In this document: piece by piece, positions 1 through 12,741 of the stretch
Position numbering within the stretch: position 1 is the stretch's first letter
How the letters are laid out: each line of letters begins with the position of its first letter
DNA from: Octopus sinensis
Taxonomy: Eukaryota
Length of the DNA: 64,000 nt
Reading direction: 5' to 3'
Assembly (NCBI RefSeq): GCF_006345805.1
Contig: NC_043011.1
Location: 35,724,464 to 35,788,463 of the forward strand
Position numbers and translations under genes: made by a program
The notes under the pieces: generated by a model
The model's database searches: none
What the model was told of the DNA's origin: nothing
Seen by the model: the letters and a program-made list of their open reading frames with translations, nothing else

Positions 1-493
1 AAATTGTAAATATCATTGAAGTCGTTAAATTATACGAAGTTAATGTCATTTGGTGTATTTCTTGTATGGTGTGTGTTATTAGTTTTAACTAGATTATCGT
101 CCATGTTTATGCGCTCTGTCAGTGTTGATGTTGGGAATAGTTACACTTGATTAAGAAGTCCACAATCATCATGTATGCATGCTTTTGTGACTTTCGCAAA
201 TCTCCTATGTTTGAGCCTACTGAGATCAAAGCACCATCCTACCCACAGAGCTGCTGCGTTTCAGCTTCCCGATGTTGCTCACATAAATCTCTCGTGAACA
301 TCCGCATTGTTATTACGTTGCATTTAAAAAAATCATCTTAAGTTGAGGGTAGCCTCTTACATTTACTTAAGTTCAATTAGTGTACATAGCGAAAAAAGAA
401 GCGTTTCGTACATTACGAGCTAATCCACACCACCAACAACAACAACAACAACAACACTTCCTATTAATTCTTTAAGTACAGCATATTAGGAGT

Positions 494-862
494 AAAGATT
501 ATTTGCAAACATAACATGGCAGTCCTGGTTTAGGACGAATGTTGCTGTAATTTAGCTCCATGAGACATCGTCTCCAGCTGGCCACGCGACACGATCTGTG
601 TCCTTATATTTTCGAACAAGGGAATCTAGTATCCCCACTCAGCTCAAAACAATATCTGTGTATCGCGATTTCCGGGTTATTTCCCTTCATCAGCACAGAA
701 TAATTGTTCGCACAGAACAATTGTTCGTATAGCCAGCTGGAGACGATGTCTCCTGGGGCTAAATTACAGCAACATTCGTCCTAAACCAGGACTGCCATGT
801 TATGTTGGCAAATAATCTTTATTCGAAAGTACTGTTGCTGAATATCTCTCGTTGTGAGATTT
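494..862. repeat. Fold-back (inverted-repeat) element, PLE pseudo-LTR-like, copy 1
   Basis: ~90-bp arms 494-583 and 731-820 are reverse complements; homologous copy at 28801-29082; hammerhead motif in the spacer. Confidence 0.8.
655..699 (-). ncRNA. Type I minimal hammerhead ribozyme motif
   Basis: Minus strand: tctgtg CTGATGA a-ggg-aaataa-ccc-g GAAA tcgcga TA cacaga; 6-bp stem I, intact core, palindromic stem III (ATCGCGAT). Confidence 0.85.
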
Positions 863-995
863 ACAAATAATAATTTTCTAATTTACACAATATTATTTAT
901 TATAGAATTATTGTAAAATGCAACTGTGTTGGCTAACACTCGTTGAGATGAAAGCTTTAGAATTGCCTATGTACTGGAATTCGATAGTGGGTTAC

Positions 996-1070
996 CTGAC
1001 AGCGGTGTACCTCAGCTACTATTTCAAAAAGGCTCATGCTATCACTAGAAGATACTATATGAATAGGTGC
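996..1070 (-). CDS. Candidate host exon (phase 0-0, APIHIVSSSDSMSLFEIVAEVHRCQ)
   Basis: cag acceptor, cag|gtaac donor, 75-nt open frame; weak pyrimidine tract; could be chance. Confidence 0.2.
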
Positions 1071-1242
1071 CTGTGTTTATGAAATTTTAGGAATCTACTT
1101 TGTCTCACCTAGCGCATTTTGCTTCCACGTTTTTATGATACAAAACTACAACTTAACTTAGTCTTTGTTGAAGTAAGTCTAATTAATAGACAATATGAAC
1201 AAGGCTGCAAAGTACCTCAGCATAAGTCTCTTCGATCTAAAC

Positions 1243-1531
1243 CAGTGGTTCCCAAACTTTTTCGGGATGCCCTCCCTTTGACACCCAGGTCACATTCCTA
1301 CCGTCCCACCCCGACTAACCATCACAGAGAGATACCTCTTTCTGAAGCAAACTCGAAGCAACTGTATTTCACAAATAAAACTTAACCTATTGAACCCATT
1401 ATTTTGTTGTTTTTACATGAATTGCCACTCCATTATCGCCCCAATTTTTACATGAATCGCTACCCCATAAGCGCCTTGCTTTTCTTCAACGCCCCCTTGG
1501 AACATTTCACAGCCCACTTTGAGAATCACTG
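1243..1531. mobile_element. hAT (Charlie-like) MITE
   Basis: TIRs cagtggttcccaaa / tttgagaatcactg; 8-bp TSD atctaaac/atctaacc. Confidence 0.8.
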
Positions 1532-1707
1532 ATCTAACCTGTCCTAGTACTAAACTACAGCAACTTCTTGAGAATTATTTCCATGTCAACTGACATACAG
1601 TCAGATACAAATTCACTGATCGATAAACATAAGCTCCGTTTATAATATGCAAATTTATTCCACCAGTCCTTCTTACAATGCTTTAGTCGTATGTAGTGAT
1701 TTCCTTA

Positions 1708-1831
1708 AGTCAATTACATCGAACCCAGTGCGTAACTGATACTTAATTTATCGATCCCAAAAGGATGAAAAGCAAAGTCGACCTCGGCGGAATTTGAACT
1801 CAGAACGTAACGGCAGACGAAATACTGCTAA
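1708..1831 (-). mobile_element. SINE family C fragment (tRNA-derived, Meta-domain-like core)
   Basis: Matches the gagttcaaattccgccgaggtcgactttgcc core of the other copies. Confidence 0.8.
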
Positions 1832-1856
1832 CGAGCGGGAAGAAATGTCACCAGAC

Positions 1857-1887
<31 letters not shown>

Positions 1888-1980
1888 TGTATGTATGTAT
1901 GTATGTATGTATGTATGTATGTATGTATGTATGTATGTATGTATGTATGTATGTGTGTGTGTGTGTGTGTGTGTGTATGT
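1857..1980. repeat. (TATG)n/(TG)n microsatellite
   Basis: Directly visible. Confidence 0.95.
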
Positions 1981-2812
1981 ATATAGAGTGTCTGAAAATA
2001 TGTATATACACATTGAAGCATTATAAAGTTAGTATATGTTACAACGCATTCCCCAAATTTGACTCTATTTTGAGAATATAATTTTTGTTTAACGGACACC
2101 TCTTTTGAAACTGATGGCAGTTCTAATCTAGGCACCGCTGGTAATGCCAAGCAATGGTTTCACAAGCATCAAGAAAGATTTCATTTGCTATTTCTGCATA
2201 GTCTCGTTCAGTAGCTGCCTTTAATTCGTCGAGCGTTGCCGGTTTTGTACCGTAAAACTTTGTCCGATAAATACACAGGTTATTCTATTGAATATCTTCC
2301 TAGCAAAAGCTCACCAAAGTAGATCGTCTCATTACTATGGTAGAGAAGGAGTGCCACATGCTACTAGAAGTCCTCTTGAATGCTTGGCGTGATAAATTGC
2401 CGTAGAACCGTTGAAAAAGACATGTTCCAAGTAATTCTTTTGAAGATAAGATACACCGACGCCTGATAAATTAACATGGCGTTCTTCTGTGATATGAGAA
2501 TATTCAGGTCCTAAGTAGTGCAACTGTGGAAGTTATTCGAGCCATTCATTTAATTTAAATGTAAGCTCTTCATTCCAAAAGTGTTTGTTGGAGAGTGTGC
2601 ATCTTCTACATATCTAGCGACGTACAACTTGCAACACTCTAAACGTCGTTCGAAACATCTCCACTGAGAGAATGAACTATTCTTTCAATGAAAATTTTCC
2701 ACTGATATTGCATCAAAATGCGTTGGACATTTGATTGTGAGATTCCTATCACAGAAATCGCTTTCTGCACAGAGATTCTGGAACTCTATGCAATATGTTT
2801 ATAATACCTTTT

Positions 2813-3236
2813 GGATCTTTTTGGTTTGAAAGGCAGTTTTTTCTAGCGGTGTCATATGAAATTGTCACCCATAATTATGACCCTAGTATTGATCTGTTGC
2901 ATTTCAATCTGTTTTAGGGTTAGGGTTAGTTAGGGTTAGGGGTATGGGAAGGGTATCTTTTTTTCTTCAGAAATGTAAATAAACCCAATCTGTTTCTTAA
3001 ACGAGAGACATATTCATACGGCACAGAAAGTTTTCACCTCAGTAGACGTCATTGATTGGTTGAAATTGCAGAAATTGAAGTAAAAGACAACAAATATCTT
3101 ACAAACTATAGAATTTTCTCAATAAAGCCAAGAGATATAGATGTTTTATAATCACATTCTACCAGTATACGAAGTTAAAAGTGTTTAGTTTCGTGGAAAT
3201 TATTTTAAAAAGCTGCCGTTCAAACCGAAAAGAGCC
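2813..3236. mobile_element. MITE with ~28-bp GG-start TIRs, 8-bp TSD and internal TTAGGG repeats (Merlin-like?), copy 1
   Basis: TIR ggatctttttggtttgaaaggcag / ctgccgttcaaaccgaaaagagcc; TSD tacctttt; second copy at 15899-16316. Confidence 0.85.
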
Positions 3237-3496
3237 TACCTTTTCTTTCATTTTATGGAGTTCGATGTCCGCATTCTTTCAGAATGTTTCTTCTGGGCAT
3301 TCTGAACAATTCCGTCTGCTTCAAACTTAGCACTAATTCAACTGGGGGGTAATCTGCGAAGATGAATCTATTTGCAACTCTCTCCTAAGCTGCATTTTCA
3401 CATCGAGTGCAATTTTCAAACTTTCACTAGTTCTTCAGGAAAAAAATTCCCTTTGTCCAAAGCTTAGTGTTTCTCCTTTCATTATTTCCATTGGGT

Positions 3497-3938
3497 TAAG
3501 GCAGCAAGCTGGCGGAATCGTTAGTACGTCGGACAAAATGTTTGGTGATATTTCTTACGTTAGCACGCCGGGCAAAATGCTTAGCAGTATTTCGGCTGCC
3601 GCTACGTTCTGAGTTCAAATTCCGCCGAGGTCAAATTTGCCTTTCGTCCTTTCGGGGTCGATTAAATAAGAACCAGTTAAGCACTGGGGTCGACCTAATC
3701 GACTTAATCCGTTTGTCTGTACTTGTTTGTCCTCTCTGTGTTTAGCCCCTTGTGGGCAGTAAAGAAATAGGTATTTCGTCTGCCGCTACGTTCTGAGTTC
3801 AAATTCCGCCGAGGTCGACTTTGCCTTTCATCCTTTCAGAGTCGATGAAACAAGTACCAGTTAAACATTGGGGTTGATGTAATCACTTAGCCCTTTCCCC
3901 ACAAAGTTCCAGGCTTTCTGCGTAGAGTAGAAAGGATT
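3497..3938 (+). mobile_element. SINE family C dimer (tail A unit + tail B unit)
   Basis: A-box-like tggcggaatcgttag, B box gagttcaaattcc, core repeated; TSD-like atttccattgg/acttccaatgg. Confidence 0.85.
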
Positions 3939-4377
3939 ACTTCCAATGGATTAAATCTAAAAAGAAATGAAAACCAAGCGAGCTTTCAGCATTTGAAGTG
4001 TGTATACAATTTTTAGAGACGCCCTATATATGTACATATATGTTTGCATGTATGAACCATGTGTATATCAGCAATCTGTCTATAAATTTTTGTTCGACAC
4101 AGAAATATAGCCTGCTCGTGTCGTAATCTATGTAAGAAACCATAAAAGAAAAAATTTGGAGAAGCGTATTTTTCTTTTCTTTTTATTAATTTAATTTTAG
4201 TTTTCTTTTGTTGGAAAGCATTAAATGGATTCCGTTTCTACATCCTTTTCAAATGAAGATGAGAATTCGCGGTTTAATGAAAGATTATACATAAAAATAT
4301 CAAGACGGGTTACAGCCAAGAATAACCGGATTATGTGTAACAGCGAGTTGACTATAAAGATGTTAAAAACCATAGCA

Positions 4378-4424
<47 letters not shown>

Positions 4425-4551
4425 TACATGCACACACACATATATGTAGATAAAAAATGCCCCTACAATGTTTAATACATACATACATACATACATACAT
4501 ACATACATACATACACGCGCATACATATGTATGCATGTATACAAATATTCG

Positions 4552-4552
4552 C

Positions 4553-4637
<85 letters not shown>

Positions 4638-4650
4638 CCTATCTATCTAA

Positions 4651-4718
<68 letters not shown>

Positions 4719-4720
4719 CT
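4552..4720. repeat. (TATC)n microsatellite
   Basis: Directly visible. Confidence 0.95.
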
Positions 4721-4814
4721 GGTTCAGCTTCGTTATTTTATGCAAATGGAACATGGATAACACATCTATTCATTGTGCCCTCGCGCACACACGCACACAT
4801 ACACATTATAAATT

Positions 4815-4884
4815 TCCCCCTCTGACGAATTTCTAACAGGAAACACCTTACACATATTAGCAAATGAAACACGTGTAATGGAGA
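4815..4884 (+). ncRNA. Hammerhead motif with long stem II and degenerate stem I
   Basis: CTGACGA (4822-28), atttctaa...ttagcaaat stem II, GAAA cacgtg TA; stem I tccccct/atggaga has 2 mismatches. Confidence 0.7.
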
Positions 4885-5091
4885 CTAAATAATGCCAAAA
4901 AATCCCCACTTTTCTGTTTCGTTATACAGTAACTCTGCAAATAATATTTCCATGATTCTCAATTTCAATATGTATTTTGACTAACGTACAGCAGCAGCCG
5001 TAGGTATATATTGATTGTAATAATGAAATAAGCAGACGAGCTTCAAGAGGAAACATCTAGAATTTACCCTCACTACCTACATTATATATAC

Positions 5092-5452
5092 GGAAGCGCA
5101 ATGGCTCAGTCCTTATTGCAGCGGACTCGCGGTCTTAGGATCGCAGTTTCAATTCCCGGACCGGGCGTTGTGGGGTGTTTATTGCGCAAAAACACCTAAA
5201 GCTCCACGAGGCTCCGGCACGGGGTGGTGGCGAACCTTGATATACTCTTTCACCACAAATTTCTCTCACTCTTTCTTCCTGTTTCTACTGTACTCTGTAT
5301 TTCAAAGGGTCAGCGTTGTCACACTCTGTGTCACGCTGAATCACCCCAAGAACTCTACGTTAAGGCTACACGTGTCTGTAGAGTGCTCGGCCACTTGCAT
5401 GTTAATTTCACGAGCAGGCTGTTCCGTAGATCGTCGTAACCAATGGAGTGCC
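5092..5452 (+). mobile_element. SINE family B (tRNA-derived head)
   Basis: tRNA-like head; body homologous to 6713-7065 and 23545-23830. Confidence 0.8.
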
Positions 5453-5529
5453 ACATTATGTGTGTATATATATATATCCTCTCTCTCTCTCTCCTTTGCT
5501 TCTCTTTCTTTTCTTTTCTCTCTTTCTGT

Positions 5530-5995
5530 CACGTGACTGCTGGCCGAAATCTGCCTTTCAGCTTCTCACCAGCGTGTGTTACATCGTGTTTTCGTCCGCC
5601 GCTATAGGCATCGCCGATAAGGCTCCTTTCCAATGCGCCAGAGAAAAAATTTGTTTGCTTGTATCAGTCGTAAGACACTTGTTGTTGTTTTCACCGTTAA
5701 TGCTTCTGTATTCCATTATTGTTTTTGTTTTTTTATATTCGTCCCTTTTGCTGTCCTGGTGTCCGTATGCATTCGATCCTTCTTCCAGGAAATCTACGCT
5801 CCCAGCTTAGTTTTTCTAATGCTCGTTGCTTAGTTTTTCTTGGAGGGCTGGCGCGTGATCTAGTAATCTCAAGATTAATCAGCCGAAATTACTACGATGA
5901 TCCGGTTCTTGACTGAAGACTGAGGGTTTCGAATGTCCTGTCCGTGTTTATTGTATCGTCTTCTGAGTACGTTCTTGTCCATGTTGTATTTTTCT
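5530..5995 (+). repeat. Dispersed repeat with conserved structured core
   Basis: 5816-5990 homologous to 58760-58977 (minus). Confidence 0.7.
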
Positions 5996-6007
5996 ACATA
6001 CCTTAAC

Positions 6008-6023
6008 ATTATATATATATATG

Positions 6024-6076
<53 letters not shown>

Positions 6077-6283
6077 TATATATGGGTGTATATATATATA
6101 TATATGTGTGTATGTATAGATATATATATATATAGTGTATATTATATATATATATATATGTGTTGTGTATATATATATATATATATATATAATGTATGTA
6201 TATATATATATATGTATATATATATATGTATATATATATATGTATATATATATATTGTTATATATATATATGTGTTATATATA

Positions 6284-6325
<42 letters not shown>

Positions 6326-6337
6326 TATATATATAAT

Positions 6338-6386
<49 letters not shown>

Positions 6387-6452
6387 TGTATATATATATA
6401 TATATGTGTATATAATATGTATATACATTTTATAGATATATGTATATATATA
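6008..6452. repeat. (TA)n-rich microsatellite
   Basis: Directly visible. Confidence 0.95.
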
Positions 6453-6712
6453 TTTAGCTCGCGCCTCTGTGTGTGTGTACGTTTATATATATATCCAAAC
6501 ATTGAATACATCCACATGCACACACAAAATCAGAAGGATTATGATTTTAATTTTCATGAGTTCTTGGTATAGAGTTACAAACATAAACATCTTTTACGAA
6601 GTATTAGCCAGAGATGTAAATTTTATGTATACTTATACGCAAAAATTATACATTTGCATATATACGAACATGAATACATATGCATGTATATAGCTATATA
6701 CATACATACATC

Positions 6713-7180
6713 GTGGCATTCCGTCGGTTACGACGACGAGGGTTCCAGTTGATCCGATCAACGGAACAGCCTGCTCGTGAAATTAACGTGCAAGTGGCTG
6801 AGCACTCCACAGATACGTGTACCCTTAACGTAGTTCTCGGGGAGATTCAGCGTGACATAGTGTGACATAGGTACAACGGAAACAGGAAGTAAGAGTGAGA
6901 GAAAGTTGTGATGAAAGAGTACAGCGGGGTTCACCCCGCCTCCTGCCGGAGCAACGTGGAGCTTTAAGTGTTTTCGCTCAATAAACACCCACATCACCCT
7001 GTCTGGGAATCGGAAGCGCGATCCCACGACCGCGAGTCCGCTGTCCCTACCACTGGGCCATTGCACTTCACATGCATACATAAAATGCACATATTTACAT
7101 AGACATCGCCCGGCCTGAGATTCGAGCTCGCGATCCCTCGACCGCATGTCCGCTGCTCTAACCACCTGACCATGTACCTC
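6713..7180 (-). mobile_element. SINE family B with a second tRNA-like head (7105-7180)
   Basis: Heads tggcccagtggtaggg and tggtcaggtggttagagcagcgg; shared body. Confidence 0.8.
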
Positions 7181-7489
7181 CACATAACATGCCTAAGGTA
7201 TGCATATGGTTAAAAAGTTCTAGACTGTAGCGGTGATCTCGGGAAATGTCCCTTTACAGATGTTGTATGTTAAAAAGAAACCTCATACCTCAGAGCTAGA
7301 CGAAATGAAATCCTCTGATATAGTTTCTATCAAAAGTATCTTAAAGTATATTAAGTATATGGCAATGATAATTTGCAAAACGTTCGGAAGACAAATCTAA
7401 TGTTTCATATCATTGTGACACCCATGACATAATAGTATCACCAGATATATGGGTATGCATCTGTGTCTCTGCCTGTGTAAGCATTTATT

Positions 7490-7770
7490 CGTATGCATAT
7501 ATATATATACATGTGTGTGTCTCTCTCTATATATGTGTGTGTATATATATATGTAAATGTATATATATATATGTATATATATATACATGTGTGTGTCTCT
7601 CTCTATATGTGTGTGTGTGTATATATATGTAAATGTATAATATATATTTATATATTATATATATTATATACCATATATATATGTATGTATATATATAACA
7701 TACATATATATACTCGTATATATATACCCGTATATATATATATTATATATATATATACGTATATATATAC

Positions 7771-7826
<56 letters not shown>

Positions 7827-7940
7827 GTGTGTGTGAACATATATATGTGCGAACATACATGTCATTGTGTGTGTTTCTGTGTGTGTGTGTGTGCGTGTGT
7901 GTGTGTGTTTCTGTGTGTGTGTGTTTCTGTGTGTGTGTGT
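7490..7940. repeat. (TA)n/(TG)n microsatellite
   Basis: Directly visible. Confidence 0.95.
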
Positions 7941-8532
7941 GGAACAGATGAAATTACTTGAATTACTCGAAAAATTTTCTGCAAATGAGTAGTTTGCAGA
8001 AGCCGAATGGATTAGGTTACGGCTAAATGGTAAACGGGGAAATTACACAGGAGATTGATTATACGGGAAATTGAATTTTCTTTTGAAAACGTCTACTGTT
8101 AAATTGATATGGAAGTAACTGACACCAATTTCTTTGGTTTTGACCTCAAATATGACATGGATAACCACTTGTCTTGCCACGTGTTGAGATGTCTAAAAAT
8201 GAATTTATATCCAATTTATATACTGGCTATTATCGCAAAGCAGATAAAATAATCACTTTAAGCGAGTTTCAGTTCTACCTTGAGGGCTATTTCATTTAAA
8301 TTACGTCGCTAAATAGTCTTCAGAAAAATGCACGAATTTTTAAAATAGCCATCTTTTCCTATTCCTCTACATATTTGAACTTGAATGTTTAAGTACGAGA
8401 TTGGTTCTTCTACCTTATAATGCTATATTATAATATTGTTGTTGCGGCCCATTTTACAAAACGTCCTTTGGTTTTGTTTGAAATCGATCAAATTTCTTTC
8501 ATATAAGTTAAAATGCAGTCGAACTTTCTCCC

Positions 8533-8632
8533 NNNNNNNNNNNNNNNNNNNNNNNNNNNNNNNNNNNNNNNNNNNNNNNNNNNNNNNNNNNNNNNNNNNN
8601 NNNNNNNNNNNNNNNNNNNNNNNNNNNNNNNN
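8533..8632. other. Assembly gap (100 N)
   Basis: N run. Confidence 1.
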
Positions 8633-8861
8633 TTATTTAACCAACTCCCAAAAAGATGAAAGGTAAATATGTAATTACTTCTGATTTGGGCAAAAACCCA
8701 GCAATTTTGAGGGAGGTGAGTTAGTTAATATAATCGACCCCCTTTGTAGACTGGCCCCTCATTTTATCGACCCTTGTCAAGTTTTGGTTAAAAGAATAAA
8801 AAAATTTACTTGGCGGGATATGAAGTCGGAACGCGAATAGCTGGAACAAATATTCATGTCT

Positions 8862-9582
8862 ACTCTAGGCATACAGCCAGAAATTTTAGGGGAGGAGGCC
8901 AGTCAATTAGATTGACCCCAGTATGCAACTGGTACTTAATTTATCGACCCCGAAAGGATGAAAGGCAAAGTCGACCTCGGCGGAATTTGAACTCAGAATG
9001 TAAAGACAGACGAAATACCTCTTTCTTTACTACCCACAAGGGGCTAAACACAGAGAGGACAAACAAGGACAGACAAACGGATTAAGTCGATTATATCGAC
9101 CTCAGTTCGTAACTGGTACTTATTTAATCAACCCCGAAAGCATGAAAGGCAAAGTCGACCTCGGCGGAATTTGAACTCAGAACGTAGCGGCAGACGAAAT
9201 ATCGCTAAGCATTTCTCCCGGCGTGCTAACGTTTCTTATTTCTTTATTGTCCACAAGAGGCTAAACATAGCGGGGACAAACAAGGACAGACAAAGGGATC
9301 AAGTCGATTACATTGATCGCAGTGCTAACGTTTCTGCCAGCTCACGGCCTTAGTTGGAACAAATATTCTTTTCTACTCTAGGCACAAGGCCCGAAATTTT
9401 TGGGGATGAGAGGCCAGTCGATTAGATTGACCCTAGTACGCAACTGGTACTTAATTTATCGACCCCGAAAGGATGAAAGGCAAAGTCGACCTCGGTGGAA
9501 TTTGAACTCAGAAGGTAAAAACAGACGAAACACCGCTAAGCATTTCGCCCGGCGTGCTAACGTTTCTGCCAGCTCGCCGCCT
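8862..9582 (-). mobile_element. SINE family C multimer cluster
   Basis: Three cores with A and B tails; target sequence tagctggaacaaatatt repeated three times. Confidence 0.85.
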
Positions 9583-10716
9583 TAGCTGAAATAAATATTG
9601 CAAGATGAATTTCTTTATTAAGCCAAGTAGGGCCGAACACAGAGGGGACAATACAATGTAGAATTTTTCTTTTTGAAACCGACCAGTATGAATCGAAAAC
9701 GTTTAAGACAGTTTGTTCAACGTTTTAACGTTTCAGCCAGCTTACTCCCACCGTGTATGAAAATGGAAAAAGACTCAAGCGAAAACCATTTGATTTAATG
9801 CATTTCCTGACTTTATGTCGGATTTTATTTATTGACATGACGTGTACCGTCAAATAAAATACATGTCATAACGAATATCCATCAACTGATATAGATTATA
9901 TTTCAAGTTTTGAATTACAGTTCAATAGTTAAAATCTTCACATAGCAACCACGTTGCATCAACTTTGCTCACTACTATATGACAGTTTGGAAAAGTATCT
10001 TCTCTTGTATTCTTAGTTAGACTAACGACTTGTGAAGGGAGTTTAGTAGGTCGAAACTATGCGGAAGCCCGACGTGTTACGCTAAGTATGTGTGGTCGAT
10101 AATGTCTAACGTTTATACACTGGTTATCTTACATCATTCATACGTTCTATCATCTATCAATCTCATCTCTTATCTATTTACTATCTATCTCTCTATCTAT
10201 CTTCAATCTATTTAATACAGATTCACAAGCCTACACCAAACACAACGACACACACACACACATACACACACAATATGTAATGGTAAACTCCAACGATCTA
10301 GATGTAGGAAGTTAGTAAGATTCGAACAGCCCGTTGTAGTATAAGAAACAACTTTGAGGAAAAATAATAGTTTATTGGCGTAGAAGGTCTTAGGGTTTTC
10401 TCATATCGAAGTTCGATAAACGGGAAAAAGTGTTTTTATAGTTTACGCTTAGCATCTCGTGTTGCAACGAATGCGAATAAAAAATCCAAATTGAAGGAAA
10501 TGGAACAAGTAAAATCCAGGCTACACATATTCCTGGCTAGCAGAACCACGAAAGTAATAATTAACTCAACGAGGTGTACTTCACTAGCTATTCATGAGAC
10601 TGAAGATACTTCACTAGCTAGTCCTCAGGCCAAAGATACCATCGGCCTGATGTGTAGCAAGTGGAGCTTGTAATTATTACATCCAAGGTTCTTTCTATCT
10701 AGGCGACATGTCGCTT

Positions 10717-10758
<42 letters not shown>

Positions 10759-11260
10759 TCTAGCAGTATCGCCCGGCGTTGCTCGGGTTTGTAAGGGAAA
10801 TAACTATATAAGCATTTTTTAGAGAGTTACTTCCTTATAGATGCCAATCGGGCTTTCTTAGCCATTTCTGTTTTGGTGTCTTCAAGCCATGAAGTCGTTG
10901 TTCTAAAAGAAACGCTGGTCTCCTTGACAACGCTTTACGACGTTGATTTCCTTACACTCCCTTCCCCACAGCTTCACGAGGGAGGGAGGAAGGGGAGAAG
11001 CAAACAGGTGCAGCTTTTGAGCGTGGACGCCAACTCCGCCGCCATCGACAACACGAAAAATTATGCATTAAAATGGAATAAAAAATGATGTTAAATTATT
11101 TTTAAAATCGTAGACTCATCGTAGACGCGCGCTAATACTCAGACGGGCTCGATATGAATAACGACTATAAGATACCCAATTTGGTTTAACTGCACCGCAA
11201 AATGTGGGAGTAGTTAGAATCTAATTGAAGGGGACAGACACTCACACAACTACAGTTTAT
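10759..11260 (+). mobile_element. Helentron/HINE-like non-autonomous rolling-circle element
   Basis: Start ctagcagtatcgcccggcgttgctcggg with short hairpin; end gtgggagtagttag...acagac...ttttata; sits in (TA)n; similar ends at 24583-25440. Confidence 0.55.
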
Positions 11261-11264
11261 ATAT

Positions 11265-11316
<52 letters not shown>

Positions 11317-11318
<2 letters not shown>

Positions 11319-12052
11319 GGTTCCGGGTGATTCGGGGTTAACCACAGTAAATAAGGTACTCAATACATAGCAGAGTAAAATTAATTTATTATATAGAAGG
11401 AGCTTCTACAGGACTAGAACTGTTTCATTCAAGAGAAATCTTCAGGAATCTAGTTAACAAGATTGTATTGGCCTTTATACATTTAGGCAGGTTTAAAGGG
11501 TGTTGGTGGGGGACTTTTTGGGGGTAGGCATAGCGCAAAATATCATACTTGGGGGAGTGGTCAGGGAGTCAGTGTTAAATTAGATAGAAGAATAAATAAA
11601 AAATAAAAAAATAAAAAAAATAAAAAAATATATATATAGAAAAAATGGGGGAGTAGAGTGTTAGGTAAATAAGGAAGATTCTCACCTCTACTTATACTAT
11701 GCACATATGTATACATATATACACACAATACAAACATATATACATATACATACACACATACTACACACACACATATATACATATATATACACTTACACAT
11801 ACATATACATATCTACACATACACATATATGTATACATACACCACTCACATGCATAACGTATACACACATGTAATATACACACACGACACACATACATAT
11901 ACACACAGAAAAATATATATACACATACAACACATACTCACATACACGCATACACACACATATCCACACACCACACATGCACACACACAGCACACTAGTC
12001 CCTATATACACATATATACACATACACACATATATACATACACACCATACAT

Positions 12053-12083
<31 letters not shown>

Positions 12084-12702
12084 CATATGTGTACCTATAT
12101 ATATACCATACAATACAGACCCATTCCCTAATTTTATTTTATTATCTTCGTTTATTACTTTTGTTATCTTTGGCCGCTTGGTCACAAACATCTTGGCTAT
12201 GACAGCCAGTCCATATATCTGTCTACTGGAAAACAAGCACTCATTCACTCACGCACACTCTTTAGCACGTACACTCACTCATTCGTACACTCATACACAT
12301 ACACACGCACTCACGCGTTATATTCATACATACATACATCTACATACATTCACGTATATACACATACGTACGCGTACCTACAGATTCATGTCTACACTCT
12401 TAGAGGCTAGTCTATACATATACACCAATAAATATAAATACACACACATACATATACACCTACATACAAAATCATACATGTATATATATATATATATAAT
12501 ATATATATTATTCACATATAATACACATATATATAATATATATATATACACATATATACACACATACACACATATACATATATATACACACATACACATA
12601 CATACATATACACACATACACATACATACGTATACATACATACATACATCCATACATACATACATTTATACACATACACACACCCAGATACATACATATA
12701 TA

Positions 12703-12741
<39 letters not shown>

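Larger units (their letters stand above)
1984..4026 (-). mobile_element. Decayed Tc1/mariner transposon with nested MITE and SINE
   Basis: Imperfect TIRs tagagtgtctgaaaatatgtatatacac / reverse complement tagggcgtctctaaaaattgtatacacac, TA flanks; minus-strand remnants YGTKPATLDELKAA, KFEADG and a DEATFKLNG-like segment. Confidence 0.7.

Noticed and set aside
2914-2941. Telomere or chromosome fusion scar
   Set aside because: The TTAGGG tract is internal to a two-copy MITE
8278-8327. Minus-strand CTGAAGA...GAAA hammerhead candidate
   Set aside because: No stem III and stem I is only tttt/aagg; compatible with chance
10570-10655. Tandem ctagctagtGAAGta motifs with CTGAGGA (minus strand)
   Set aside because: GAAG instead of GAAA and no stem I; cannot support a ribozyme
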